NCBI GenBank assembly: GCA_951406725.2
Contig: OX597817.1
Span: 73,656,001-73,720,000 of the forward strand
Direction: 5' to 3'
Origin: Octopus vulgaris
Taxonomy: Eukaryota
DNA: 64,000 nt
Shown here: positions 1 to 13,780 of the stretch, piece by piece
How the letters are laid out: each line of letters begins with the position of its first letter
Position numbering within the stretch: position 1 is the first letter of the stretch
Position numbers and translations under genes: made by a program
Notes under the pieces: generated by a model
Seen by the model: the letters and a program-made list of their open reading frames with translations, nothing else
Told to the model about the DNA's origin: nothing
Database searches by the model: none

Positions 1-217
1 GAAAGAAGCCTGTCGTATATATGTATATATATATATATGTGTGTGTATATGTTTGTGTGTCTCTGTTTGTCCTCCCCCCAACATCGCTTGACAACCAATG
101 CTGGTGTGTTTACGTCCCCGTAACTTAGCAGTTCGGCAAAAGAGACAGATAGAATACGTACAAGGCTTACAAAGAATAAGACCTGGGGTCGATTTTCTCG
201 ACTAAAGGTGGTGCTCT
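1..217 (+). mobile_element. 3' part of tRNA-derived SINE family B (CORE-like), truncated by the window edge
   Basis: Matches the 3' half of the full copy at 53453-53850 (gaaagaagcc-gtcgtatat ... cttgacaacc-atgctggtgtgtttacgtccccgtaacttagc ... cgactaaaggtggtgctc). Confidence 0.85.
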
Positions 218-434
218 GAGGAGATATCACCATGACAACTTTCTCTGTCATGGTCAATGTGACTATCACACGCTACACACCTTTTTTTCCCTTTTACGAT
301 CCCTCTTGATCGAAAACCTACGCCACCCCTTTTTTTGTTTCTTTTGTTTTTTGTTTTTTTCATACCCCAAAAGAAAAGCTCTACCTTGTAACTTGTCCCA
401 TCTGTGTGCAGCCCTGTGTGGCCAATAAAGAAAC

Positions 435-435
<1 letters not shown>
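218..435 (+). mobile_element. Probable LINE 3' UTR remnant
   Basis: T-rich UTR-like sequence ending ttgtcccatctgtgtgcagccctgtgtggccaataaagaaa and followed by (TATC)n. It resembles one of the 3' tails of SINE family A. Confidence 0.45.
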
Positions 436-470
<35 letters not shown>

Positions 471-562
471 ATCACATGCACACACACACAAATTTTGATT
501 TAGCTTAGGAATAGCGTTAATAACAACCAGTTGTTTAAAGCCAATACTCTTATGCTTTAGAG

Positions 563-654
563 CAGTGGTTCCCAACCTCTTCACTACCAAAGACCCCTTT
601 TATTTAAATGACCTTTCCCATGGATCCCTTTTAACATGTTTATCCTGATATATA

Positions 655-711
<57 letters not shown>

Positions 712-796
712 TATAAATTTGGAATTTAGTTCACGAACTCCCAGTACTACCTTTGCAGGCCACCAGGAGTCGCGGACCACAAGTTGGGAATCACTG
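563..796. mobile_element. hAT/Charlie-like MITE
   Basis: TIRs cagtggttcccaac / gttgggaatcactg. 8-bp TSD ctttagag (555-562) / ttttagag (797-804), similar to the Charlie-type NTCTAGAN target. Internal (TA)n. Confidence 0.85.
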
Positions 797-883
797 TTTT
801 AGAGGAAAGATTCAGGTGCGTGCAGGGCCTATAATCTATCAATGAATAACAAAAGCATAGGAGTTACGCAGTCCTTTTTATGT

Positions 884-884
884 A

Positions 885-968
<84 letters not shown>

Positions 969-985
969 CATCCATCCATCCATCA

Positions 986-1071
<86 letters not shown>

Positions 1072-1072
1072 A

Positions 1073-1126
<54 letters not shown>
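884..1126. repeat. (TATC)n microsatellite
   Basis: Seen directly; it explains the ORFs at 842 and 880. Confidence 0.97.
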
Positions 1127-1127
<1 letters not shown>

Positions 1128-1129
1128 TA

Positions 1130-1862
1130 TGTCCACATATATTTCTCTACTTCTTTTCAGGGTGTAGCATCTTAATCTTTTCAGCCTTTCTTCCTGTAGT
1201 TGATCTGGGGCACAAAAGCAATATTCTTGGTGTAGTGGGATATGGGGCAATAATGTCGACCACTTAGAACAAATCTCTTCCACATGTTCAACATGGTTTG
1301 TCGTTCAGTCGCTCCAAATGTTCTTAGAATTCATGTTACTAATCGTTTGCACTTTGTTGAAATCTTTGTAATATGTACATGCAATTTTGTATCATTATGT
1401 TGATCCTCAGGTAGTGTTTCGATTGTTTCTCTAGGATCGCTGTATCTCTCGGTTCTGCGTATCTCGCTTGCAATATGTTAGAGGGCCGATCGCAAAGACC
1501 CTGAAACTTTCCAGCATTAGAATGCAGTCAGTTTTTCTTCCATCCCTTCTATATATTGCATTAGGGTTTTTGGAGATTTCTAATAACGGCAGTACTTTTG
1601 GTTGCCTTTGATATTGTCATTTCGTCATAAGTTGTAAAAGCAAGGGCCTGCCCGAGAGGAGCTATTAAAAACAGTGAATGTTCCAAGTTTGTTTTCTAAA
1701 ATATATCATCAACAATGATTTAATACCAAGAGGACTATCGGTTGCAACACATTAACTCTTGTCTCTTAAAATGTCACGCAGACACGTTCCTAATATTCTA
1801 ACTATGTCGAGGTCACATAGTTTGTGATATTTCACTCAATGATCATCTTTGTCAAAGACCTT
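1130..1862 (-). pseudogene. Degraded reverse transcriptase of a CR1/L2-like LINE
   Basis: Minus-strand translation gives VFDKDDH..HKL (AFDKVDH-like), KCKRLVT*ILRTF and WKRFVLS..HYC (W.TFVLSRLDYCSQLW-like), with stops and frameshifts. Confidence 0.65.
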
Positions 1863-2761
1863 TACATCGCACGCACACACACGCGCGCGTGTAACTGTAT
1901 ACATACATATACACTACATGTATATGTATACACTTTCTTATATGCTGCTCTGTTTAAATGCAAAAGGCGTTGCTAAATTTAAGGATGTGATTTCATTAAG
2001 TGTTATATAAACGTCCATTAAGTCCAAGAAAAATCTTTGTTTCGTTGTATGAGACTAGCTCCTCATTCGTCTGATAAATTAAAAGAATAAACACAGAAAA
2101 GCACAGACATACGAAAGAAGCACGTAGCCAGCAGGCTGATGTTTATCATTCCATAAAAACGTGTTTGTTTATTGCATATATTTCATACATCTCAATCATC
2201 CTATACATTGATTTGTAAAAAGCGCCAATGGTATCGGTAGTATTTCGTTATTATGGGGCAAACTGTGCAGCTAAATTTGACTTCATCATTGAGGATAAAT
2301 CTATTTTTCTCTATAAATAAACGACAAGAGATACAAGAGATCAATGCCAGTCACCAACAGGGAAAAGCAGAAGATTTTTACGTGAGTTTCGATCGATATT
2401 CGACCTATAATACTGGTCTTATCTTCCAGACAAGCTCTTATCTTGATCGATAACAGCCGTGGTATCATTTTAACTGGAAATTCTTGTTTCATGTAAATTT
2501 GTTTATTTTGATTTCAATGTTTCGTAAGATTTTTGTTGACATTACATCTTAACTATTTTGGCGATACAAATATGTTGTCAGTATAAACTTAAGCTTCGCC
2601 CAAGTTACATTTTACTGGAAAAAGCCTGAGAAATTAAAAGAAAAATAGGAGAAAAAAAAATCTATTTTGTTATTTCGTTCTTTTTATGATATTCTTCAAA
2701 CAACAAATTCGAAAAACTGTAACTTTCGTTACAGGTTTTTCAATTTTTCTAGTTGCACATG

Positions 2762-2877
<116 letters not shown>

Positions 2878-3859
2878 TACGCACACATACACACACAGTA
2901 TATGCACGTATGTATGTATATGTATATGTGTGCATGTGTGTGTGTGCGTGCATGTGTATTATATATATGTTTTATACGTATGTATATGTATGTATATATA
3001 TATATATAAAAATACGTATCTATCTATCTATCTAACTATACGAATGTGTGTGTACACACACATACATACGTACATACACATATATTATAAATATATATGT
3101 ATGTATGTTTATATGTTTATATTTTTCTATTTTTAAAATAATATGAAGTAAACTTTCTCATAAAAAGAATTAGTGTTATCTAACTTCGAAACTGTTTTAA
3201 ATATTGTTTATTTTTAAGTACGCTGAGTGTCAAAATATGCTTGAAATAACATCATGTGCGGCCTTGCCACATTGGAAGGAGAATAATCAACTTACACTAT
3301 TCTCTTCTTTTCAAGTTTGTTTTGGCGATGTTGGGGAAGATCCAGAGCGTACCTGTCCCGACTAATTGGTTTGTCAACATTCGATGTTACCTGCACTCTT
3401 ATTTCTGAAAGACAATCTTAAATCTTCGTGGAAACGAGACAATCTCTACGTAAACGCTCGACCTACTAAATGTAACAACTACCCTTCCCCCAAATCCAGC
3501 TTTCATCCCTTTAAAAAGAGACTGGTACATTGCACAATATAGTCCAGGAAGCGTAGTCTGAAAATAAGTTGTGGTAGAACGCTTTGAACAGAGATTTGCT
3601 TCATCGTAGCTGACCTGAAATCAAAAAGCAACGAAATAGTGATTTCAAATTTTGGCACAAGGCCTAGGATTTCTGGGGAAGGGAAAAGCCGTTTACATCG
3701 ATTCCAGTGTTCAAATGCTACTTATTTTATCGACCTCGAAAGGATGTAAAGTAAAATCGATCTCGGTGGAATAAGCAACAGCAAAATATTAACGGCAAGA
3801 ATTAAGTGTACGTTCATACATATATGTATATATGTATATATGTATGTATGTATGTACAC

Positions 3860-3999
3860 TTAATTCTCCTCAACCACATGGCTCTGGGTAGTCCCACTGC
3901 GTGGCACTTTGGGCAAGTGTAATTTTTGTTTTTGGTAGTCTCGAGCCGTCCAAAACCTTGTGACTGGATTTGGTAGACAGGAACTGAAAGAAGCCCGTC

Positions 4000-4059
<60 letters not shown>

Positions 4060-4187
4060 GTATCTATGTGTGTGTGTCGCTGTTGGTTCGTCAAAAGAAA
4101 TCGATAGAATAAGTACCAGGTTTAAAAAAGTACTGGGATCAGTGTACATACGTACATATGTATATATGTATGTGTGTGTTTGTGTGT

Positions 4188-4237
<50 letters not shown>

Positions 4238-4395
4238 TTCGGTATTGGTATATTACCGTCACCGTACCTAGCAGTACGGCAAAAGGAAACGATAGAATAA
4301 CGATAGAATTACTGGGATCAATAGAGTCGACTAAATGTTCTTCAAGGTGTTGCCCCAGCATGGCTGCAGTTTATTAACAAAAACAAGTAAAAGGT
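3860..4395 (+). mobile_element. SINE family B (CORE-like) with expanded internal microsatellites
   Basis: caaccacatgg...gtcccactgcgtggcactttgggcaagtgt...ggaactgaaagaagcccgtcg, and a 3' part ending cagcatggctgcag...aacaagtaaaag. Confidence 0.8.
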
Positions 4396-4457
4396 GATGG
4401 GATTCTACACAGTTACGTTCCACAAGCAAGGTATTGGTTAGTTGAATCTAAGCTCTT

Positions 4458-4857
4458 GAGGTGGCGAGCTGGCAGAAACGTTAGCGCGCCGGGCGAAATG
4501 CTTAGCGGTATTTCGTCTGCCGCTACGTTCTGAGTTCAAATTCCGCCGAGGTCGACTTTGCTTTTCATCCCTTCGGAGTCGATTAAATAAGTACTAGTTA
4601 CGCACTGGGGTCGATATAATCGACTTAATCCGTTTGTCTGTCCTTGTTTGTCCTCTCTGTGTTTAGCCCCTTGTGGGTAGTAAAGAAATATGCATTTTGT
4701 CTGCCGTTACGTTCTGAGTTCAAATTCCGCCGAGGTCGACTTTGCCTTTCATCACTTTCGGGGTCGATAAATTAAGTAACAGTTGCGTACTAAGGTCGAT
4801 CTAATCGACTGCCCCCCTCCCACCAAAATTCGGGCCTTGTGCCTAAAGTAGAAAAGT
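4458..4857 (+). mobile_element. Tandem pair of tRNA-derived SINE family A (one full copy plus a 5'-truncated copy with a different tail)
   Basis: Head ggcgagctggcagaaacgttagc, B-box-like gagttcaaattcc, central gcctttcatc-ttcggggtcgataaattaagta. Second copy starts at about 4697. Confidence 0.9.
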
Positions 4858-5787
4858 ATCAAAGCTCCTGAGTAACGAACTTGCCTAAAGTGCCATGCAC
4901 TGAAACTGAACCCGAAACAACGTGGCTGTGAAACGAAATCCTTATCCATACACCTATACCTGTACTATCTCCCTGACACTTTTGTAAATCAGTCGAGGAA
5001 GGATATGAAAACAGAAGACAACCTGGCGTTGATTTCGAACTCAAAACCTCAGGAGCCGTAACTCTAACGCTTCTGCTAAACAACCTTTCTTCCAGTTAAA
5101 ATTATTGAAAACAATAAAGAAAAAAGAAGAAAAACGAAAGAATCTAATTTTGATTATTGAAATGTCTTTTATATTAGAAATTTATATAAGTTCTAACGAT
5201 TTGCAATAATACATTGGAGAGAGAGAGAGAGGTTTATTGAATAAAAATATTCGTTAAATATAAATAGTTAATATTCCATTATAGTATCTCCGGCAACGTA
5301 CAGTTGAATGATTATTCATTTTCAATAGCAATTCATGAAAAGTCTTGATATTTTCATGCAGAAATACGCTTATACAAACACATAAGTGAAACATCCACTT
5401 TAAGCTTGCACGCCTGCTTCAATAGACATTTACCACCCATAATTTCTTTTTGTCTTTTAACTCTTTCTTCCTGCCTTTCTTTCATTATTTCTCTTTCTTT
5501 CTTTTTCTCTTTCCTTCTTTCTTTCTTTCTTTCTTTTTTTTCTCCTCTCTCTAATATCCTCTAGCTTTCTCTCTTTCTTGGCAACAATGCCCACACACAT
5601 ATGCACAAACAAGTAAAGCATAATAAACACATTCAATCGCATGTGTAAGTTTATACTCACGTGTGTATACGTGCATCTATCTATATGCACACACACACAT
5701 ATATAGGTAGATTGACATACATACACACATATATATATGTATATATATATGTATATATATATGTGTATATATATATGTATATATTAT

Positions 5788-5821
<34 letters not shown>

Positions 5822-6766
5822 GTATATATATATATATGTATGTACATATATATGTATTTATATACACATATAAAGATATATATATATGTATATTTGTACA
5901 TGTGTATGTATACACATTTACATGAAGAAACACATGGTCTCTATGCATACGTGTATGTATGCGTAGACTTGCATGTAAATATATATAAGTATAAATAGGT
6001 ACATTAATATATGTGCATATATGTTTACATCTAAATGCGTACACTTATATACACAAGCATACACACAGATATATAGACATACAAACACACAATCTCTCTC
6101 TCTGTCTCTCTGTCTCTCATTCTCTCTCTCTGTCTCTTTCTCTCTCTGTCTGCCTCTCTCTGTCTCTCTCTCTCTCTCTCACTCACACACAAACAAATAG
6201 TTTTAAGCTTATATCCCAGTAGAAGCAAAATAAATGGGGCCTGCAATTTAAAATTCACAAGTTCAATCAGGAATTCAACAGCATAAATAAGAAATATAGA
6301 ATATTTTGCGATAAAGAGAAATAGATTTTAAATATCAATATTTTATCAAATAATATTAATTAGAGAACGAACTAGTGATAATGTGAATTCATTTGATTAC
6401 TTCCATTTCTGTTAGAGTGGTTACAAATTAAAGATTTACTCACGTATACTTGTAAAGATGGAGAACAACGCATACTACCAAAATATTAACAAATACATGT
6501 AGATGTGTCTACGCAAATAGAATTAGACATGGTTGCGTCACTGCACGTATGTATATGAATGTGTGTATGTTTCTATATATTTGTATATATGTTTATGTGT
6601 GTGTGTTCATGAGTTTGAGCGTGTGTGTGTCTGTGTGTATGAATATATACTTATATATATATATAAATTTCTATTCAGATATACATATGTACACACACAC
6701 ACACATACGTGTATATGTACATATATGCATAAATAAATAAATATAAATATTCATACATACACGTAT

Positions 6767-6816
<50 letters not shown>

Positions 6817-6934
6817 CATACATGCACTTTCACACACACAAATACACACAAACACACAAACACACATATATATACGCGTACCTTAACTTTAGAAGGAAAA
6901 GATTGACAGTGACTTCGAAGTTTTGACTGTCATC

Positions 6935-6975
<41 letters not shown>

Positions 6976-7017
6976 TACATATATATATATGTATATATAT
7001 GTATATATATGTGTATA

Positions 7018-7073
<56 letters not shown>

Positions 7074-7076
7074 TAG

Positions 7077-7107
<31 letters not shown>

Positions 7108-7290
7108 GATAGATAGATATATAGATAGATATATAGATAGATAGATAGATAGACAGACAGATAGATATAGATATATGTGTGCGTGTAAGAGTTGTGTGTG
7201 TATGCTTGTATATATGTACGAGTGTGCGTGTATATATATGTATATTTATCTATATATGTATATGTATATGCATATAAATACACGAACATT
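6935..7290. repeat. Compound (TA)n/(GATA)n microsatellite
   Basis: Seen directly. Confidence 0.95.
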
Positions 7291-7985
7291 TTTAAGTGAA
7301 TAAATCCTTCGCAGCGTTACTGAGAATTATTCTATTGTGTAACACGAAATAACAAGAATGCTCAATAAAAGTTAAAAGTTTCAAGCTTAGAGCAATTTAA
7401 TTAGCTAAAACAGAATGACATTCAAAGATGAAGTCTAGCTGTATAGAAACGAGATATCTACCGTTAATAGCTACTCTCCGGGCGACATGTTTCTGTTATT
7501 CAAATACACTCCGGTATATGGTAAAGATTTCATAACAGATTAAATTGTAAAAGGTTTTCTTACAACTTGATATCATATTTGTATGCAATTAGGCGTTTTA
7601 TTTTAATTGTCTCCCCGTTTTACATAATAATCGCTTTAAAAAAATGTTTTTAATTTTTTGTTTTGTATTAAGCTTTATCGTTAATCCTCTACGGTATGAT
7701 AGAATAATTCTCTGTTATGCTCCGAAAATATCTATTTGCCTATATACAATCACTGCTTACTTATGTAGGTTCATTACTGACTGTTGTGATTTGACTATTC
7801 TGGAATCGTTCTTGGTACACCGTTCGTAAGTGCATGTTGGATATTTCAAGCTTTTCATGTTCAGTAACGACTTTTCGTGTTGTATATTCACGGCTTCAGA
7901 GAGCTTAAAGACCATTTTACAACATGAAAATGTTGATGACTATTTGACTGTATCTGCAGAAAAATATTAGCTTTGTCATTGTTTG

Positions 7986-8442
7986 GGATCTTTTCGGTTT
8001 GAACGGCAGTTTTTAACATAATTTCTAGGTAACTAAAAAATTTTAAACTTCGTATACTGGTAGAATGTGTTTATAAAACATCTTTTTCTCTTGGATTTAT
8101 TGAGAAAATTCTATAGTTTGTAAGATATTTGTTGTTTTTCTCTTCAATTTCTGCAATTTCAACCAATCAATGACGTCTATTGATGTAAAAAACATTCTGT
8201 GCCGTATGAATATGTCTCTCGTTTAAGAAACATATTGGGTTTATTTACATTTGTGAAGTAAAAAAAGATACCCTTCCCTCCACCCCTAACCCTAACCCTA
8301 ACCGTAACTAACCGTAACTAACCGTAACTAACCCTAACCCTAAAACAGATTGAAATGCAATAGATCGATACTAGGGTCATAATTATGGGTGACAATTTCA
8401 TATGACACCGCTAGACAATTTCATATGAAACCGAAAAGATCC
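7986..8442. mobile_element. MITE with GG termini and 8-bp TSD (Merlin-like), carrying telomere-like repeats
   Basis: TIRs ggatcttttcggttt / aaaccgaaaagatcc. TSD attgtttg (7978-7985) / attgtttt (8443-8450). Internal CCCTAA and variant array at about 8283-8343. Confidence 0.75.
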
Positions 8443-8717
8443 ATTGTTTTCTTTCTTGACGTAGGGTGTTTTATAGTACGATATTTCTCAGCTAAGTGCA
8501 AGCTGCACTGCTCTGATCATTTAATTCTGTCCAATAGAGTAAACTCCGACCAGAAGAGAACATGCAACACCGGTGGCCTCCCTCTACTCCTTTATTAGCA
8601 AATGTGCATCGGGAGCAATAACTGAATTTTTCTGCGTCGGTGTTTGAAATATGCTTACATTCTTTTATACTGTTTTTACACGGGTTTTCTTTTATGCCAA
8701 AACAAAATATAATAAAG

Positions 8718-9048
8718 AGTAAAGGGTAAAGACCCCTTCGGTCATAAAGGTCATGAAGGACACCTAGAAAGTTACCCCCGAGGCACAAGCCCGGGCAAGG
8801 TTGTTTATGGAAGACCAGCAGTTGCCCATACTGCCAGCATCCCCTCTCTACGCCACCGATGTTATCCAAGGGAAAGGCAAAGGACGATTTACAGTTTGGC
8901 ACTAATGACATTGCAACTCATTTCTACAGCTGAGTGAACTGGAGCAACATGAAATAAAGTCTCTTACTCAATGACACAACTCAAGGCCCGGTCCGATATT
9001 CGAACTCACTACCTCTTGATTGTGATCCCTAACTACTGAACCATGCCG
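8718..9048 (-). mobile_element. tRNA-derived SINE family C
   Basis: The minus strand has a tRNA-like head (ggcatggttcagtagttagg...gagttcgaat) and a core seen on + as cagctgagtgaactggagcaacatgaaataaagt, shared with 46590-46880 and 53160-53438. Confidence 0.75.
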
Positions 9049-9351
9049 TTAAAATAGGTGAAGTTGCCTCCTTTTTTAACCTGGGCGGGTCGGCTGTGCG
9101 CCAAATCTGGGACTTGGAAACAATCAGGCCATCGTCTTCATATGATCCACGCTGGAACTGTTGCGTATCTGTACCTATCGTCTCTCTCTTGCCTTCACTC
9201 TCTTTGCTAACTTCATTCATTGACTAGTTAAATATCTCACTAAATAACAAATTAAATACCGATTCTATCAAAGTAATTGTACAAACAAGTGACCATCAGT
9301 GTGTGTGTGTTTATTAAACGTTCAAGCTCAGTATACAAAACGACTAAAGCA

Positions 9352-9560
9352 GAGAGCTGGCAAAATTATTAACACGCTGAGTAAAATGCTTGGTGGCATT
9401 TCGTCCGTCTTTACGTTTTGAGTTCAAATTCTGCTAAGGTCGTATTTGCCTTTTATCCTTTTGAGGTGTTGACAAAATAAGAACCAATCAAGTACTGGGG
9501 TCGATGTAATCCCATTTTCCTGAAATTACTGGCCGGCCTTGTACCAAAATCTGAAATCAA
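9352..9560 (+). mobile_element. SINE family A
   Basis: gagctggcaaaatt...gagttcaaattctgc...ggccttgtaccaaaat. Confidence 0.8.
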
Positions 9561-9682
9561 TATACAAAACGACTATGCTAAGTTAACATATATTTAGACA
9601 TATTTCAGATCATATCATTTATCAAAATAAGTATAAAATAGCAATTTTCAATCTCCTGTGACACATCATGTCGTTGAAGTTG

Positions 9683-9724
<42 letters not shown>

Positions 9725-10699
9725 TGTGTAGATAATTTATGTAGTGAGAGAGAGAGAGTATGTAGCTTTTTTTAATAGCTAGATCTAATTTATTAATGCT
9801 AATGGGGGTTAATTAGGTTAATTGAGTAAAATCATTATTTATAATAAAACTGGGACGAATGAAAATTTGAGCTGTTCCTTCAGAAAAAAAGACTGTTCTA
9901 GATCGTTCAGCTTGTGTCTAAACGCAGTCCTAGTGTAATCGGTTAAACAGGCACTAGTTTTTCATTATGAATTATTTTATCACCATCGGAAGGATTTAAG
10001 ACGGCGGGATTTGAGCTCAGATTGTAAAGAGCCGGAACAAATACCACAGAGCATTTTGTCCTACGCTTTAAAGATTCTTAACGAAAGAACGACTTTTCTA
10101 GTTGTATGCGTTTATATGTGTGTTTGTGTATTTATGTACATACATATATGCGTGGTTGTGAGAGTTTGGAAATGTAGATGCGAGATTGTCTGCGTGTACG
10201 TGTGTATGCAGATAGAATCGCTCAGACAAATTTGCTTCTCATTTCATCGAAATAATTTTAATATCCTCGAGATTTGAAAAGAAAGGAAAAGAAATAGAAA
10301 GAAAGTCAAAGAAAAGAGAGAAAGAAAAGAAAGCCATAGAAATAGAAATAGAAACAGAGATACACAGAAAGACGGAAAGAAGGGAAAGACAGACAGAGAG
10401 ACAACTGTAAAGAATACAAGAAAGAATGAAGTGGCGTCAGCATTAAAAAAATAAAAATTTTCTCTGAAGAAAATTGAAATGTTAAAAAAAGTAAAGGCAT
10501 GTATAAAACAATGAATGGAGCTTGAAACAAGAGGCCACTCATTAGATTTTCAAATATCACCAGCAAAATCTGCTTCAGTATGGAGACTTTGTCTTTCGTC
10601 AGTGAGTGCTCGTCTGTCCTTCAACGTCCATGTGTACACACACACACACACACACAAATATCTACACATACTTGTACACACATACACACATACATGCAT

Positions 10700-10734
<35 letters not shown>

Positions 10735-10918
10735 TATCTACACATACTTGTACACACATACACACATACATGCATGCACACAAATACATACACACGATCG
10801 TGTATGTGTGTGCGTTTATATAACAGAAAATCAACTGTGCCACTTGTGATGGTTATAACATGAAGTGGTTTTTCTAGGTCTCAAGGACTCTTCTTTCCTT
10901 CCTTTATTCTTTAATTTC

Positions 10919-10987
<69 letters not shown>

Positions 10988-11135
10988 GCCATCTCTCCTT
11001 TGCTCTCTTTTCACGTATATATGTATACACATACACACAAACACACACACACACAAACACACACACAAACACACACACACAAACACACACACACAAACAC
11101 ACACACATACATACATACATACATACATACATACA

Positions 11136-11166
<31 letters not shown>

Positions 11167-11699
11167 GTATATATACATATATATTTGTGTACACACACAC
11201 ACAGACACATAAAATAAACGCACACACCTTTCCTCTTCGATTTTCCTACGTTACTCTTTTATTCTTTTTTTTTCTTTTTTTCTCTCTTTAGTTTGTTATT
11301 TCCTTCATCTCCAGTCTTCCAATATATATTCTGATTTATCTTGGCTTGTTTCAATCATGCTTGGTCTGGTTTCTATTCAAAACGTAACACAGCTCTGAAG
11401 TACAGGCATAGCCTCGCTACACATTCCCACATCTATACATGTATATGATATTATATTACATTATATTATATTATATTTTATTATATTATATGTGCAAGTA
11501 ATATTACGAACAAAGTAAAGAGTATTCAATACGTTAAATAGAGCATGTTTTATATCATAATATAAAGTTGGAAACATTTCCTGTACGGCAAGTTTAGAGA
11601 AAGAACTATAAGCATTCTACAGATGTTATGTAAATAACAGACAAAGAAATGTGCCAGTGTTAAGTGTTTTCATGCCAGCGTGCAGTAGTATGGGCTTGA

Positions 11700-12115
11700 A
11701 CGCAGCGAACTTCTGGTTTATGGTGATATGTCTGACGTTACATCAACAAAGGCATATTTACTTGCTGTTGATGGCACTTTTCCAATCAATGACTCAGAGG
11801 ACATTTCGAGCGATGTGGTGAAGAGCGTTAGAGAGATGGTGTTTCCTTCTGTTGATGGGTGGTGACAGCAGACCTAAGTCTATCGTACATCCCAAGTTCA
11901 CCTTGAGAAATTTGGTGTGTTGTGCCTCGGTTCCTTGCGTTTTCAGTATTGCATTCATCTCGATACTATCGAAGGTATTTTCTTAATCTACGAAGGCAAC
12001 TCAAAAAGGCAGCTTATACCATTTCACTCGTTCTAGAAGAAATGTTAACGGGAAAATATCGCGCCTTAATTATGAAAATCTGTTTGTACTCTCTTTTCTT
12101 GGTCGTCAAGTGAAT
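11700..12115 (-). pseudogene. Degraded RTE-clade reverse transcriptase fragment
   Basis: Minus-strand translation YKLPF*VAFVD*ENTFDSIEMNAIL..QG and GNTISLTLFTTSLE match RTE motifs (LPL..AFVDYEKAFDSV; QGDTISPKLFT..LE). Confidence 0.7.
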
Positions 12116-13641
12116 GTTCTTTATTTCTCCTATCAGAATCGTCATCAAGATAGAGGAAGGTTCAAGAGAGGTAAGGCTACTGCAAAATATGGTACAACAA
12201 CGGAAATATTAAGAAGTGGAGGAGAGCAGCTGTAAAAATCTTCATTTTACGTTCTGAACGAAGGAATATATTCTTGCAGTGGAAGGAGTCGAAAATCATC
12301 TTGCTTTATAAGAAGAATGATAGGATAGATTTTTCTCGACAAGTTGTCTGCAAAGTCATAGTCACCAGGTAATTGAAAAATCCAATAACCAAAACAAGAT
12401 ATACTTAAAAATAAATGCAACATGAAAAATGTTTTGGATTCCGGCCTACTCACGGAGAAAAAGTACTGACTATATGAGGTTAGGGCACTCCATATTCCGC
12501 CCCCCCCCCCAGCTAATGTTCGCATTGCTGTTTTGTGCACTGAAAGGTGCCAGTTAACATTTTTTGAGTCAATTCTCAACTGTTCCAATCCATCGTAATT
12601 CTTTTCTTTTGCTTTTACTAGCAATCTGTTCTTCGCGTGTCTCAGTCATTCTTAAATCACGGGAACATCCATAGCACTAATATAAGGATTGATCTTCGAA
12701 GGTCAGTTTATTGTCCAACACATCATTGTTTCAGTCATTAGTCTGAAGAGGAGCATCATTATTTTCTTAAGTGGTTGTTCCTTCTCACCTGTTTGTTTTC
12801 TACTGCTGTCCCCGCTTTTGTTAATTTTTTCCTTTTTTTCCTTTTGTGCATATCTACCGATAGAGCCACAAATGTATTGTTGGAGGTATATCTATTTCAG
12901 CTCGCGTTTTAGATAAATTTTTGTACTTTAAAGTGCAAAAGACGGTGCTATAATATTTCCCTACATTACATGACACAATTCCACAATTTCTCCTGAAATT
13001 TTATGCAGTATCATTTTTAACTGCAGTTTCGACAGTAATGGAAAACTGCTGCCATCTCTTTTAAGATATAGATATTTTACTTTTCTTTTTTTTATCTTTT
13101 GGATTAGATCCTCCAGCAAAAAGATACTATCCGGTTTTACAAAAATCTTTGAAGTTTTTTTTTTGTATCTGTTAAATCTAAAAATCCGTTCTTTTGCACT
13201 CCTACGGTATGAATGGCTTCACATGTTAGCTTTTGTGCATGTACTGTTCCTGCTTTTATCACTGTCTTTAAAATTATTGCTTAGTCTGTTCGAAATATTT
13301 TCTTCAATTAGTTTTTCATTAAAATGATCGTTATCTTTTCTTTTGTCGTTTTGAGTTATCTTTGCTTTCTCGCTCTTTTAATTTTGTGTTTAATATTTTA
13401 CTTTGTACAATATTAAATGAATGTGTTTGGTAAAGATTTTGAACGTGAAATATCGTCAAAATGTGTAAACAAACAAAGGTTGTTGAAGTGAACCATTTCT
13501 CTCTATCTTGGATCCTCGGAAGCAGAGTCTTCAAGTAATAAAATCCTTTTCGGCAAACACTCCAAAGAAGTTTTCATTTCATAATGCCTGAAATATAGTC
13601 GTGTCTCGAAGGGAAAAGGAAAACACGTCTTCACGCTATGA

Positions 13642-13691
13642 CAATAATAATAATAAAAATAATAATAATAATAATAACAATAATAATAATG

Positions 13692-13769
<78 letters not shown>

Positions 13770-13780
13770 GTAATAATAAT
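13642..13780. repeat. (AAT)n microsatellite
   Basis: Seen directly. Confidence 0.97.

Noticed and set aside
6903-6934. Short hairpin tgacagt-gacttcgaagtt-ttg-actgtca with CTGATGA on the minus strand
   Set aside because: There is no GAAA in register; it is an isolated small hairpin with no assignable function.
10458-10490. CTGAAGA-aaatt-GAAA-tgtta
   Set aside because: There is no viable stem II or stem I, and this is expected by chance in A/T-rich DNA.
10646-10792. Tandem duplication of about 77 bp, considered as a CRISPR-like or functional array
   Set aside because: There are only two units of degenerate CA microsatellite, no spacers, and the context is eukaryotic.
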